DNA of 21,478 nt from Selaginella moellendorffii (GCF_000143415.4 NW_003314480.1:27949-49426); one strand, 5' to 3'. Shown: positions 8,322 to 19,712, numbered from the stretch's first letter. Translations and numbers: made by a program. Notes: generated from the letters alone by a model not told the origin.

Positions 8322-11051
8322 TCACATCTCTCTCGTACACATTTTGGTATGCCTTACAGCTGCAATCTGCTCGATCATACCAAAATTGGAGCCGATAATA
8401 ACACTTGAGGCATATATATCCATCGGATTAGACTTTTGATATGAGAGAGCTGATGAATTGTCCTTGTCCGAGAAAAATACATATCCAAAGTTTGTTCGAG
8501 CATACTCTACAAAAAACAAAAATAAAAAATAAACGAAAAATGTATAACGTATGGACTTACTTTCATTGCCAGGCTGCTCATTGTCCTTGATAGCAATCAG
8601 TCTTCGGACGTCACTCTTAAGATTTCGAACGACTTCCGACCAATCCGCAATGGCTGGCTTAAGAGGGTCTCCAGAGCACTTGCTTTGGATGTACAAAAGA
8701 AATGGCTCCAAATCAATGCCTTTTACTTCCTCGAGTATCAGGAAGGTATCAGCCCCGCTGTTCCGAGGTCCACAGATGGCCCAAGTCCCTGACCTTTGAA
8801 CCTCCTCCTTTGAGCCTGGACTACTGTGTTTGATCCGAAACCAAAAAACTAAAAACAAGAACATACCTGGACTCAGTTGCTTGATTGAAACTGGAAAAGT
8901 GGGGAACCTGAACTTTCGGTTCTTCAGATTGTCAGGGATGTACCAATCGCAAGGCAACACATCCGCCAGCATGAAGGTCTCTGAACCCCCCGATAGTAAC
9001 TGCAAATAACATGTTAGTAACCGAGACTATGAAAGACTATGAACGTAGAATTCACATACCTTATGAATGTAGATGCTGAAGATCAGAGACAACAAATCGT
9101 TGTCTTCCTTCTGCTTCCAATCATCCGTTGACATTGTTGTCAAATCAAAAGTTGTAGAGCCAAAAAGGTCCTCCCGCTGGAGTGTTAGCTTATGCAGTAA
9201 CACAGGTGAAAACTCCACCAGAGCCTTTTCTTCGTCAAGAACCACAGCCACTACTCCACAACTCTCCAGAGCTTCCCATGTCAAAACATTCTCTCTTGGA
9301 AAGGCCTGCAGCAGAACCGGTCCATTCCTTGAGACATGCTCACGAAGCATCGATGCTTGAATTGCTCGTAAGAGATAAGAAAATCTCTCATCCCCGGCAA
9401 AGCCATTGTAATATTTGAATCTTCTGCATAGGCTCCACACACGATCCAGAATCCGCCTTACTTTGTCTCTCAGGAAGGGCTCCTGAATTCTCAGCGCAAG
9501 GTTGTCAATGTCAAGGGCCATGTCTGGGTCATCTGAAGCCAAAGCCTGAACCATGAAGGTAATCAACCTCGGATTCCCTCCGCTCAGCTTGCACAACAGC
9601 TGCATGCCATCATTTAAAGCGTGAAGTTCTTCACGGTTTGAAGTCCTCAGCACCTTGTTAAAGACTTGCAACACCAGCTTCTCCCGATCGCTGCTGCTGA
9701 GAGGGTTGACAGGAATATAAATCACTTCAGATGATCCAGTGTCACCACTCTCTCTCAAAGATGCCGCTGTGAAAAGGTTGGTCGCTCCGAGCATAGTGAC
9801 AAACGTTTTGCCACCCACGTTCCTGTGCTTCCAATCTATGAACTCCCGAAACAGTTTCTGAACAAGGACGTTGCTCCTCCCAATCTCATCAAAGAAGAAG
9901 GACAGGAAAATGTTTTGGTCTCCGAGCTCGCAGACTTCTCGCAACAAAGCTATCACGTCATCAAACAGGAGGAACTTCTTCAAATCAGGTGCTTCGGCAT
10001 CAACAACAGCGACAAGCTCTTGGTAAGGAAAGCGCGTCCAAGTCCCAGTATCTTTTCTGATGTTATCTTGGCCATCTGCTCTAGAAACAGCTGCATGCAA
10101 AGTCCTCAGGGCCAAAACCTGAGCATCACCCAGCCCGGCCTCGCCATGAAAAGTTGAAATAAAATCATGGTACATGAGCACGTCGAGATGTTCAACGGTG
10201 CTCATCATGGCATCCCACGGTCGCACCTCATCGGTTGATGTATCGAAAAGTGAGGCAAGTTCTTGAATCCTTAGCCCTGGATCACTCCGTTGCCTTCTCA
10301 TCTCAATGAGTATTTGTGGGAGTGCCATGCCAAGGGATGTTTTTCCCGCACCCGGGAATCCAACCACACCCATTATATGGTGGAGGCGCCTAAACACATC
10401 CCACTTTGTGTGTTGACTGCTCATGAATTGCTTGTACAACAGCCAGTTACCCCTGAGCAAAGCATCCACAGTCTTCTCTCGTCCAACAATGGGAAACTGC
10501 TGCCCGATGTCCTTCAGAGACAAGCCAGTTGGCAAAGAAGATAATGAATCCCTTTCAAGGCATTTTCTGTACGTGCGGGCATGCTTAAGACGAGGTCCAA
10601 AGAGCTCCTTCAGCTTGGCAATCCGATCACAGGCGTTTGACCAAACAACTCCACTAGAGGGAATGAGCTGCTGACGGAGCTGCTTCTCCTTCTCCATCCA
10701 GTGCTTGTGAAGCTCACGGAGCTGCTTCTCCTTCTCCATCCAGTGCTTGTGAAGCTCACGGAGCTGCTTCTCCTTCTCCATCCAGTGCTTGTGAAGCTCA
10801 CGGAGCTGCTTCTCCTTCTCCATCCAGTGCTTCTCCTTCTCCATCCAGTGCTTCTGAAGCTCACCCTGCGTGGAATCCACTTTCTGGTCAGCGCGCTCCA
10901 CCTTCTGCTCAACCTGCTCAATCGCTTGTTGCACGGCCCTGATCTCCGATTCCACTTCCTCAATCTGCTGCTGAATCGATCGCTCAGGCCCATCCGCCCT
11001 TTGCCGCTTCCCAGCCCTGATATCTGATTCCAATTCTTCCCCATCCGCCAT
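8322..11051 (-). CDS. Crinkler/RHS (CR)-type protein, ~854 aa: N-terminal coiled coil with KEKQLR repeats, P-loop NTPase, C-terminal restriction-endonuclease-like domain; exons 11051-9060, 8999-8867, 8815-8561, 8506-8322
   Basis: FPIVGRE, Walker A GFPGAGKT, Walker B FFFDE, GGNPR motif, then NSGADTF...YIQSK (PD-(D/E)xK-like). Three phase-compatible GT-AG introns of 60, 51 and 54 bp give 2565 nt with no internal stop. Confidence 0.8.
10674..10862 (-). repeat. Perfect 42-bp coding tandem repeat (ELHKHWMEKEKQLR x3 plus a partial unit and a 21-bp sub-duplication)
   Basis: Direct reading; the three full units are identical at DNA level. Confidence 0.95.
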
Positions 11052-11279
11052 GAGACTGCTCTCTGGCGGAACCCTAACCTAGGTACTCTGATTTTTAGGG
11101 TTCTAGCCGTAGAATGGGACATTGTGCTTCGACTGCATTCGATGTGAGGTTGGTAGAAAACACCTGAAACTGGCATTGAGGTATGTTCAACTGAATCTGT
11201 GAAATGGTGTAGACTTTACTGAGTTTACCTGCAGGTAAACTGGAGTAGGTTCACGTAGAAAAGAACTAATGTTGACCAG

Positions 11280-11305
11280 TTTAGGGTTTAGGGTTTAGGG
11301 TTTAG
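11280..11305 (+). repeat. Short interstitial telomeric tract (TTTAGGG)x3.7, opposite orientation to the long tracts
   Basis: TTTAGGGTTTAGGGTTTAGGGTTTAG. Confidence 0.95.
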
Positions 11306-12860
11306 ACAGTATATGGCAGGACAGCTTCAGGCTTATGGCCATCTCGGACTCTCCTCAGAGAGCTGATCTTTGGCTGATCAACACGTAAGTTCAGTATCAG
11401 AAGGAAGAATCTTAAGCTGGATCAATTGTTGCTGCTGTTTTGTTCGCGGGTGTACTGTGAAAGCTCCGACAATGGAAACACTGATACGTAAAGGCAAAGC
11501 AGCCTCTATTCCCTTGGTGGATAGCTGGATGCGTTCCTCAGGGTTTAAAAGATCTCGAAGCTGTCAGCGTCATCGGAGTGCAGCAAATACAGTGGGGGAG
11601 ACTTTGAAAGGCCACGAGGCCCGGCTGCTTCGACGGGATGCTTTACCGTCTCTTGATTTGCCAAAAGTTTATAATCTCTTTCGCTGTTGTGTTTTCAGGT
11701 TCGTAAGAACAAGTTTGTCAAGATCATTCCTATCAACGTTGGCTGCTTGGGTGCTTGCACATACTGCAAGACGAAGCATGCTCGTGGGCATCTTGGCAGG
11801 TACACAGTAGACACACTAGTAAGGACCTTCGCCAGTTTCTTTTCTCTGTTACTGAGCTTTATCTACAGGTGCAAAGATTGAAAACCGTGGTGTCTGAAGG
11901 TGTGAAGGAGATATGGCGACACTGGAGCTTACGGTTATGGTTATCTGTTTCAAGCTAGTATTTTTTATTTACTTTTTTCTTTCTTTGCACTACAGGACGA
12001 GACATTGGAGCATATATACCAGCGCTTCTACGTGCTTTAGTTGCTGCGCTTCCTCATAGACAGAAGTACAATGCTCCGAATCTACATCTTACAGCATCTG
12101 GAGGAAATGGCTGTCACCCCTGCGTGTATTCGTTCCTTCATGTTCTGGTTCAATCTGGAAGGGACTTGGTGTTGGAGGTACCGATGTTCTGGGTGATTGT
12201 TTTGTCTCTGTAAGCTGTTTTCTGTGTTCTTCAGGGCATGAAGAGGGAGTACACGTTTTCCGAGTTTAGAAAAATTGTGGATACTCTCACAAGACTAGTC
12301 CCGGAGATTCATATCGCTACAGATATTATCTGTGGATTTCCAGGTACGCTCGCATGCATGAAAAAGATTGTATCTTATTGAGCTTTTATCCTTGTCAGGA
12401 GAAACATCAGAGGATTTTGACAGGATCATGGAACTAATACGAGAGTACACGTTCCCACAGGTCCACATATCACAGTTTTACCCTCGACCAGGTAGGTAAT
12501 CTCTGTACATGCTACTGAATGGTTCTCTCTGTCACTAGTGTTTATCCTGTCAATATCCTTAGACAGGAACACCGGCGGCTCTAATGAAACGGGTTCCAAC
12601 GCTCGAAGTGAAGAAACGAAGCCATTCCATTCTGTTTGAATCGTTCACTCCTTACGCAGGAATGGAGGTAAAACGTACCGAGTCTGGGTCACCAACACTG
12701 CTGCTGATGGAATTCATCTGGTATTCTTTCTTTTGTTCTACGTCTCTGCAGGTTGGCCTGTGTACAAGTTCTACTTCCAGCTGTACCCGGCCTTCTTGGA
12801 AGCAAGTTAATGTGAAGATTACGTCTGTCGGAAGATGGTCTGTGACTGGCGAGTGGCGAA
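11305..12860 (+). pseudogene. CDKAL1: Threonylcarbamoyladenosine tRNA methylthiotransferase (CDKAL1/e-MtaB) unprocessed pseudogene, 5'-truncated
   Basis: Recognisable blocks: YMAGQLQAYG, ADLWLINT, CTVKAP, ETLKGHE, LPSLDLPK, IIPINVGCLGACTYCKTKHARG (radical-SAM CxxxCxxC at 11744-11767), [27 protein letters not shown]-end VKITSVGRWSV. Short introns are retained, with many small deletions and frameshifts. Confidence 0.9.
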
Positions 12861-13089
12861 CCAGATTCCACTCCTGGAGACGATGCTGAGAAAGTCGGAT
12901 GCGAGCAGCGGTAAGGAATGCGATCCTCCGGGAGTTCCTGAGAAAGAGATCCCGAGTCTGGGCATCACATTTTCGTTTGTTGAAATTCACCAGGATCAGA
13001 AGCGGCGGGCTCTGTGGTCACTCTTGTGGCTTTCTTTACACACTCCAGAAGAAAACAAGCTCAAGGACGAGTCTGTGCAACGCTCGCAC

Positions 13090-13896
13090 AAACTCGACTG
13101 GGCGCAACTGGGAGCTCCAACCAGAGTCCAATCTCCGCTATCCCAGACGAGGTGTCTTTACGTCAATGATGGCGAGAGACTTATCTTCATCAAGACAAGT
13201 TTGCAAGCACTGGTACGCTCTGTGTTCATCAGACTGTCTGTGGGAGAAATTCATCGGCTCAGGGCAAGCCAGCTTACCAAGGTACGTGCCTCCTGACTAT
13301 ACTATTTTCTGGAAATTTTGTTTTCCTTGCTTAAACGTTGAATTTTGCAGATGGCTGGTGCATAAGCACAGCACGCTACTGTCGTCTCGAAGCACTCGCA
13401 TTTTATATTTCACGAACAGATACACGTTTCTGATTCAAGCCTTGGATGCATGGTGGGAACACGGCAACTATGTGAAAGTTTTTGTCAGGTGGCTTGATCA
13501 CAACATTATGATCATGTCACAGCACAAAGATTGCATCACGTCTCCATCCTCTTAGAAAAGATCAAGGTCTTTTACAACAGGAGAGACGCTGCAGAAGGTG
13601 CTCTTGAATGCGGGCAACTTGTGACTCCACGTGCCAGGAAGCAGGGGGAGGATCAAAGTTTGGGTTGGATTTACAGCTCCTCTAAGCTGTGTCCTCTTAT
13701 ATGAGAGCTTATGCTGCGCGACTGGTGTGTATTCTATGAAGTGCTAAGCTCCGCTTTTGCGAATCGTGCAGATTTCCTATCTGCCTCACTTCTGCCAAAG
13801 CTTCACGGCAGATTGAATCTGTACGACCTGGAAGGTGTGTGTTTGGATGACGGAGTCACTGGGATGAAAATCTGGAAGGTGCTACGTGACCTCTGA
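13090..13896 (+). pseudogene. F-box protein pseudogene
   Basis: F-box motif split across frames: SAIPDEV / VFTSMMARDLSSSRQVCKHWYALCSSDCLWEKF. Likely intron at ~13282-13350, with later frameshifts and stops. Boundaries approximate. Confidence 0.6.
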
Positions 13897-14040
13897 CAGC
13901 GTTATATCTCATGGGTGAAAGTTTGCCTTCACTGCTCGGACCTGAATTATGCAGTCCGACTCGAGAGAGTCCGGTAAGTGGCATTCCCACTGGCTGTTGG
14001 ATCCTCCACCGTTGGATCGTACAGATCTAACAGCTCAAAC

Positions 14041-15470
14041 GCTCAGCCTTTGAGTTGCCAGAAATTTCTAAGTCCTAGCACTTGGTTTTTGGCAATGGAG
14101 AGGAAGGTACGTGAGCATGGCAGCTACACCTTGAGCACGCCACGGCAGAGGTCACCACAGCCAGCTGCTCCAGCAGCAGCAGCAGCCGCCGACACAGGCA
14201 GCGCCAGCCACTGCAACAGCCCGCGGCCTGCCAACACCAGCAGCTGCTGCGGCTGCTGCTCCAGCCGGCCAGCCAGCCGTGCCACGGCCGGCCTCCAGCG
14301 ACCGCCACAGCGAGCACTTGGGCCAGCACTCGCTGCCCAAAGCGCCAGCCCTGTGGCTCGTCGTGGCCCAGCCCGTTAGCACTGCATCCCGGCCAGCCGC
14401 TGCCCAGCAGCACCACCCGAGGCAGCAACCACCAAGGGATCTCCAAAAATGCTAAGGGGATTGCTCCCTGCTGTTGAGAGCATCCGCACCACCCAGACAT
14501 CACCACAAAGATCCACCAGAATCTGCCGTGGGAGACACAATTGCAACCGCAATTGCAAATGCCCGCCTCTGCTTCTCCAGCATCCTCTCCACCGTCAGAT
14601 CTCCCGATCCAACAGTCCACGTGGTCCAAGCCTACTTAGAATTTTTCTGGGCTATGGAGGAGAAAGATGCAAGGAGCAGTCACGACAGGGCATTCTGTCT
14701 TGACCACGCCACAACATCAAGCCAACAGCAAGCCAGGACAACTCCAAGCATGGTTCTGGATTCAGAGAAACCAGCCATGCTGCCCCTCTCTCCCTTCGCT
14801 AGCGTCTGGCACAGCAAGTCTCCAAGCCAGGCATTTGCGTTGGCCCCTGTGTGCCGCACCTCGCTGCCACAGTGCCACAAAAAATCCCTGCCTGGAGATG
14901 CTCACTGCCACTAAGAGTCCAGGAATTAGCTTGGCTTCTTGACACAACAATCTCTTTGGTGTTTCCTGTGGCCCAGCTCCCCTGAATCGTGTCTGGCACA
15001 GCAAACTCCCCACAAAGGCTTTTTGCCCCCTTTTAGTCCAGTGCCTTGGCACCACCAAGAGATCATAAAAATGCCAAGGGAGCTGCTCCCTGCCACACAG
15101 AGCACCCACACCACCCAAAGATCACCATAGAAATGCTGTGCCTCACCAAAATCTGCCATGGGAGAAGCCTTTGCAACAGCAACAGCCATTACAAAGGCCC
15201 ACTCATGCTTCCCTCTCCTCTCTCCTCCACCGTCGGATTGCACAGATCCAACGACTTACACATGCAGCCTTTGAGTTGCCAATAACTTCTAAGTCCTAGC
15301 ACTTAGTTTTTTGGCAATGGTAGAGGAAGCTACAGGAGCATGGCCATTGCGTCTTGAGCATGCCATGGCCCAGGCCACCATAGCCAGCTGCTCCAGCAGT
15401 AGCAGCTGCCGATGCAGGCAGCGCCAGCCATTGCAACAGCCTACGGCCTGCTAGCACCAACAGCTGCTGC
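14041..15470. repeat. Non-coding GC-rich block with internal direct duplications (14044-14248 ~ 15264-15470; ~14429-14612 ~ 15052-15252)
   Basis: Shared anchors CAGCCTTTGAGTTGCC...TCTAAGTCCTAGCACTT and CACCAAG.GATC..AAAAATGC.AAGGG...TGCTCCCTGC. Confidence 0.75.
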
Positions 15471-15946
15471 ATTGTGGGAGTGATTGAGGCAAGGAAGAGG
15501 GACGTCACCAGCTTCACTGGTCCTCCATTTGCTTTGCCGGAGTGACTATGGCAAAGGACGAGCTCTTTTTCTCCTCTTTTCTCTCTCATGGCTTGGTTTT
15601 CGCTCTTTTTCTCGTTTCGATTTCACGGCTAGCATCTAGGGAGTGGCGAGAGGTGGAGTTTGGACGTCACTTTAGAGGTGACTTGGAGCAGCTAGGGTTA
15701 GGGTTCCTGGTGGCTAGGATTAGGGTTCACCCTGTTCTAGGGCTAGGGTCCCTTGGCAGCTAGGGCTTCTAGGGCTGGTAGTGGCGGGTCGCTGTAGTCC
15801 TAGGAAGCTTTTAAGGCATCTCGATGGTAGATAGATAGTTGCAAAAGTTCTAGAAATGGAGCTCTTTGCCAAGATCTATGCGATCTTGCTTGCCTTGACA
15901 CGTGATGACGATGATGTCACTTTAGAGGTGACTTGGAGCAATTGGG

Positions 15947-16250
15947 ACTTGAAAAAGTTCCCATCTTTTTGGATTCTCTTTGGAAGACCATGCATGGTGT
16001 CTCGCTTTGAGGACAATCGGGAAGGGAGGATTTTTGGATCTAATGGCAGGGATTGCTACCACAGTTGGGACTAGCGGCCAATGGAGTCGATTCGGTGGTA
16101 CAACTTGAAAAAATTCCCAGATTTCTGGATTCTCTGTGGACAACCATGCATGGTGTCTTGCTTCGAGGTGATCAGGAAGGGAGGGTTTTTGGAACCAGTG
16201 GCAGGGACTGCTGCCACAAGTGGGGCCAGCGGCCGACGGAGTTGATTCAA
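15947..16250. repeat. Diverged tandem duplication, period ~156 bp
   Basis: ACTTGAAAAA.TTCCCA...CCATGCATGGTGTCT...GGAAGGGAGG starts at 15947 and 16103. Confidence 0.8.
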
Positions 16251-16266
16251 TGTTGCACGCGTAGGG

Positions 16267-17182
16267 GATCCACATGTTTCCTCTCCAATGCTAGATCTGG
16301 AGCATTGAACCTCCCTAGGAGGAGGTTCGGGCCATTTCTCTAGTCCCTTGGGCTAGGAATTTTTCGAAGATGGGCTAGCGCACTTGTCTAGTGTGGGAGG
16401 CAAGGTAGCACGCTCTAACTATGAGTTGGAAGAAGTTCACACCTCGCATGGATCTACAAGTTGGAGTCACATCGCGATTGGGCGTCGTCTTGGCACCAAA
16501 GGCAGGTTGGTGGTGGAGGGCTTTGTGGTGGTTTTGCGTGTTGCGGAGTGTACCAGATGGCTTCCAGTTTCACAATGGAGTCACTTGGGAGGTGGACGGC
16601 CCACGGGCAGCACCAGGCGTCCATGCTCGTAGTTTCGCTAGTCTCTCTGAGAGTGCGCTCTCGTTGTTTTAGCCCCTAAGGGGCATTGGGGAATAGTACA
16701 TACACGTTTTATCAATTCGGTGGTACACGCTAAAGGATCCATACATCTCTTCTCCAACACCTATTCTAGAGCTTTGCTCCCTTAGGAGGAGGTTCGTGCC
16801 ATTTCGTAGTCCCTATTGTAGGGCTAGGACTCTAGCGAAGATAAGCTAGCACACTTGTCTTGTGTGGGAGGCAAGGTAGCACACTCTAACCTCGAGTTGG
16901 AGGATATTCACACCTTGCATGGAGCTATGTGTTGGAGTATTATTGCATTTGGATGCTATTTTGGCACTAGAGGCACGTTGGTGGTGGAGCGCTCCGTGGC
17001 AAGTTGTGCTGGTCATGGAGCGTAGCAGGTGGCTTCAAACTTCGCGGTGAAGTCATCTGGGAGGCGGATGGCCTAAGAGTAACGCCGGGCATTCGTGCTC
17101 ATAGCTTCGCTAGTATCTTTGAGAGTGCGTACTCAATGTTATTTTGATCCCTTTGGGACTGGGGTAATGTACATACATGTTT
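16267..17182. repeat. Diverged tandem duplication, period ~470 bp
   Basis: GGATCCA at 16267 and 16735; shared TAGGAGGAGGTTCG, CACTTGTCT.GTGTGGGAGGCAAGGTAGCAC and GTACATACA. Confidence 0.8.
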
Positions 17183-18089
17183 AGTGATCTCGCCGGATGG
17201 TGCCGGATTGCGCCGGATTGCAAAAAAAACCCTAATGTTGGACAATTTTTGGGGAGGCAGTGGTCGAAGGCACCCAGTATGGCTGCTGTGATCGGAGGTG
17301 CAGCCAGAGGTAGAAGAGTGCTTAGGGGAGAGCATGCAATCTCCCCACACTTGCTACTGTCAACGGGGGCATCCGTCATGAGATCCAGGGAAGCTTCATT
17401 CCCCTATTTTTGCTTTTGCTGTGTACTCACTCTCATGTGAACAGCATGGAAAACAGTTGCAAGGGAGTCATAGCATCCACGCCCATCAATCTACTCCCAA
17501 GGTCATGGAGTGCAAGGTAGCATTCGGCTCCCACGAGAGGACTGTTACAAGGTCGGGGTTCTAGAACACGCACAGCAGCAAGCCAAGATGGGAAAGGGCC
17601 CTCTATATCTACGGCCAGAACACTGCTGTGCAAGGCAGCAAGTGAGCCATGCAAAGCAGCAGCCCAACAAGATGAGAACCATGGGATAGAAGTGGTGGAT
17701 GTTTCTAGGTTGGGAGATGGCCAGGTCCTGGAAAAAGCTGGAAGTGTAAGCCATGCCAGAGGCGAAGTGTCCACTGAGAGTGGAGAAGAGGATAAAGCTA
17801 CCTCCCCTCACCCACTTGCTTGGTCACTGGCTGGAGTGTAGGAACTACATGAGAGTCTCAGGCCAGTCACAAGTCAGGAAGGCTTGCAGGGAATCATCCC
17901 AAGCACTTTTGCAGCTGAGGTTCACAGAGATGGATGTCTCACAAAAGTGCAGGAGCGGCGCACCAGGGTCAGGTCAGGAGTCACCACCAGAGCAGTAGCA
18001 TGTGCAGCAGCAGCAGAGCTAGGGCGTGGGATAGGAGAACTCAAGTCTGCCCCACCCAGAACGACCAAAAATAGAGGAACAAGGCCCTA

Positions 18090-18740
18090 GTGTGGATGCA
18101 CTTATGTCCTACAGGATCAACATGGAGGCCTCACTAGAAGGTGAGTTCACAATCCCTCACTCAGAGACACAACCAAGCCAAGAGCTCTCTAGGGAGACTA
18201 ACCATTCAGCCATGGCCCCAGGGCTGAACAAGGAACAGCCACTCCGGACACTGAAGTTTGCCCATAGATGCTTGTTAGACTTGATGAACAAGCCCAGAGC
18301 TTCACTTCCATCTTCACCAGCTTGTTTCTCAAGTGTGAGTCCTTGATCCAGCTCACAGCCCCCAGTGGTGAGGCTCTACACTGACTGAAGACAGGTTGGA
18401 GACAGCACAGATTGTCTACATTTGCTCTTGCCGAAGCTTGCATGCGGTGGTATAGTCTTTTGGAACAGTGAGAGGTTCACAAAACAGGTGCATCGTGAGT
18501 CGACACAGCGACTCCAACAGGAAGTCTTGCAGCTAACTCACCTACTGGATGACATGGAAGACATGGAGAACGTCTTACTGTGAGATGCGACATCGAGCAG
18601 CTCTCGGAATTCTAATGGAGAACCTCCAGACTCAGAAGGGCTGGGCAGCAGGCACACTCCCTGCTCATGGGATAGTGTCAAGCTCATGCCCAGTTGGTGG
18701 GAACCCCTCGCACCACCCAGAGACTCCTGCAGACGAGGCT
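18090..18740 (+). mobile_element. Possible degenerate retrotransposon gag remnant
   Basis: Broken frames give TFALAEACMRWYSLLEQ and TW/EDMENVL, resembling the Retrotrans_gag A..W(W/Y) and TWE.(F/M)K..L motifs. Weak. Confidence 0.35.
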
Positions 18741-18743
18741 GGC

Positions 18744-19712
18744 TGGTATTGGAGTAGTTTCGGGTTGGACTCTGTTGGTTGGATAAGGGAATCACACCAC
18801 ATGTTGATTGACATCTGGCTGGTCCAATTTGCTCCTACTGGGCTCGACCCGAGGGGTAGGGTGTTGTAAGCTCCTAAGTTTGGACTTCCCGGGAGGTCAC
18901 CCATCCTAGTACTATTCAAACCCAAGGACGCTTAACCCCAAATATCCCAAGACCCTTAACCGATTGGAAAAGGGGGTGCACTCTTGTTCATGGGCCCTTT
19001 CCCTCTATATTTGAACACCATGGATCGTCTCTCGAGTCGTTCCTTTTGGTTGCTTACAATCCACCACGCTTCCCTGCAAGTTCATGCCCTCGTGAACAGA
19101 AGCTGAGAGCCTCGCTCTCTTGACACCCTACCCCTCGGGTCGAGCCCAGCGGGAGCAAACTGGACCAGCCAGATGTCAATCAACATGTGGTGCAATTCCC
19201 CTAAGCCAACCAACAGAGTCGGACCCGAGACCGCTCCGATACCAAATGTAAACTCCTGAGTTTGGACTTCCCGGGAGGTCACCCATCCCAGTACTAACCC
19301 AAGGACGCTTAACCCCAAATATCCCAAGATCCTTAACCGATTGGAAAAGGGGGTGCACTCTTGTTCATGGGCCCTTTCCCTCAATATTTGAACCCCATGG
19401 ATCGTCTTTCGAGTCGTTCCCTTTAGTTGCTTACAGGTGTCCAGAGAGTGGGGTTCTCGGGAGAGTTGCAACTCACAACTTCCGTTCATGAGGGCGTGAA
19501 CTTGCAGGGAAGTGTGGTGGATTGTAAGCACCCAAAAGGAGCGACTCGAGAGACGATCCATGGTGTTCAAATATAGAGGGAAAGGGCCCATGAACAAGAG
19601 TGCACCCCCTTTTTTAATTGGTTAAGGGTCTTGGGATATTTGGGGTTAAGCATCCTTGGGTTTGAATAGTACTGGGTTGGGTGACTTCCCGGAAAGTCCA
19701 AACTTAGGAGCT
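18744..19712 (+). mobile_element. Older Cassandra-like copy (decayed PBS at 18744, internal domain split by a nested copy, LTR-A 19523-~19712 lacking its last bases)
   Basis: The internal domain 18744-18864 continues at 19441-19522. No 5' LTR is visible. Confidence 0.8.
18865..19435 (-). mobile_element. Complete single Cassandra-like TRIM nested in inverted orientation, TSD GGTGT
   Basis: 5' LTR 19435-19247, PBS 19244-19233, internal domain, 3' LTR 19058-18865. TSD at 18860-18864 and 19436-19440. Confidence 0.93.

Noticed and set aside
9073-11176. Plus-strand and alternative-frame ORFs overlapping the CR gene
   Set aside because: Shadow ORFs of the real minus-strand CDS and its tandem repeat.
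13420-13510. Cullin-repeat-like phrase (DAWWEHGNYVKVFVRWLDH) suggesting an F-box/cullin fusion
   Set aside because: Similarity is too short to support by eye; it needs a profile search.
13978-15589. Ala/Cys/Ser-rich ORFs on both strands
   Set aside because: GC-rich CAG/GCC low-complexity duplicated sequence; overlapping frames with no domain signal.
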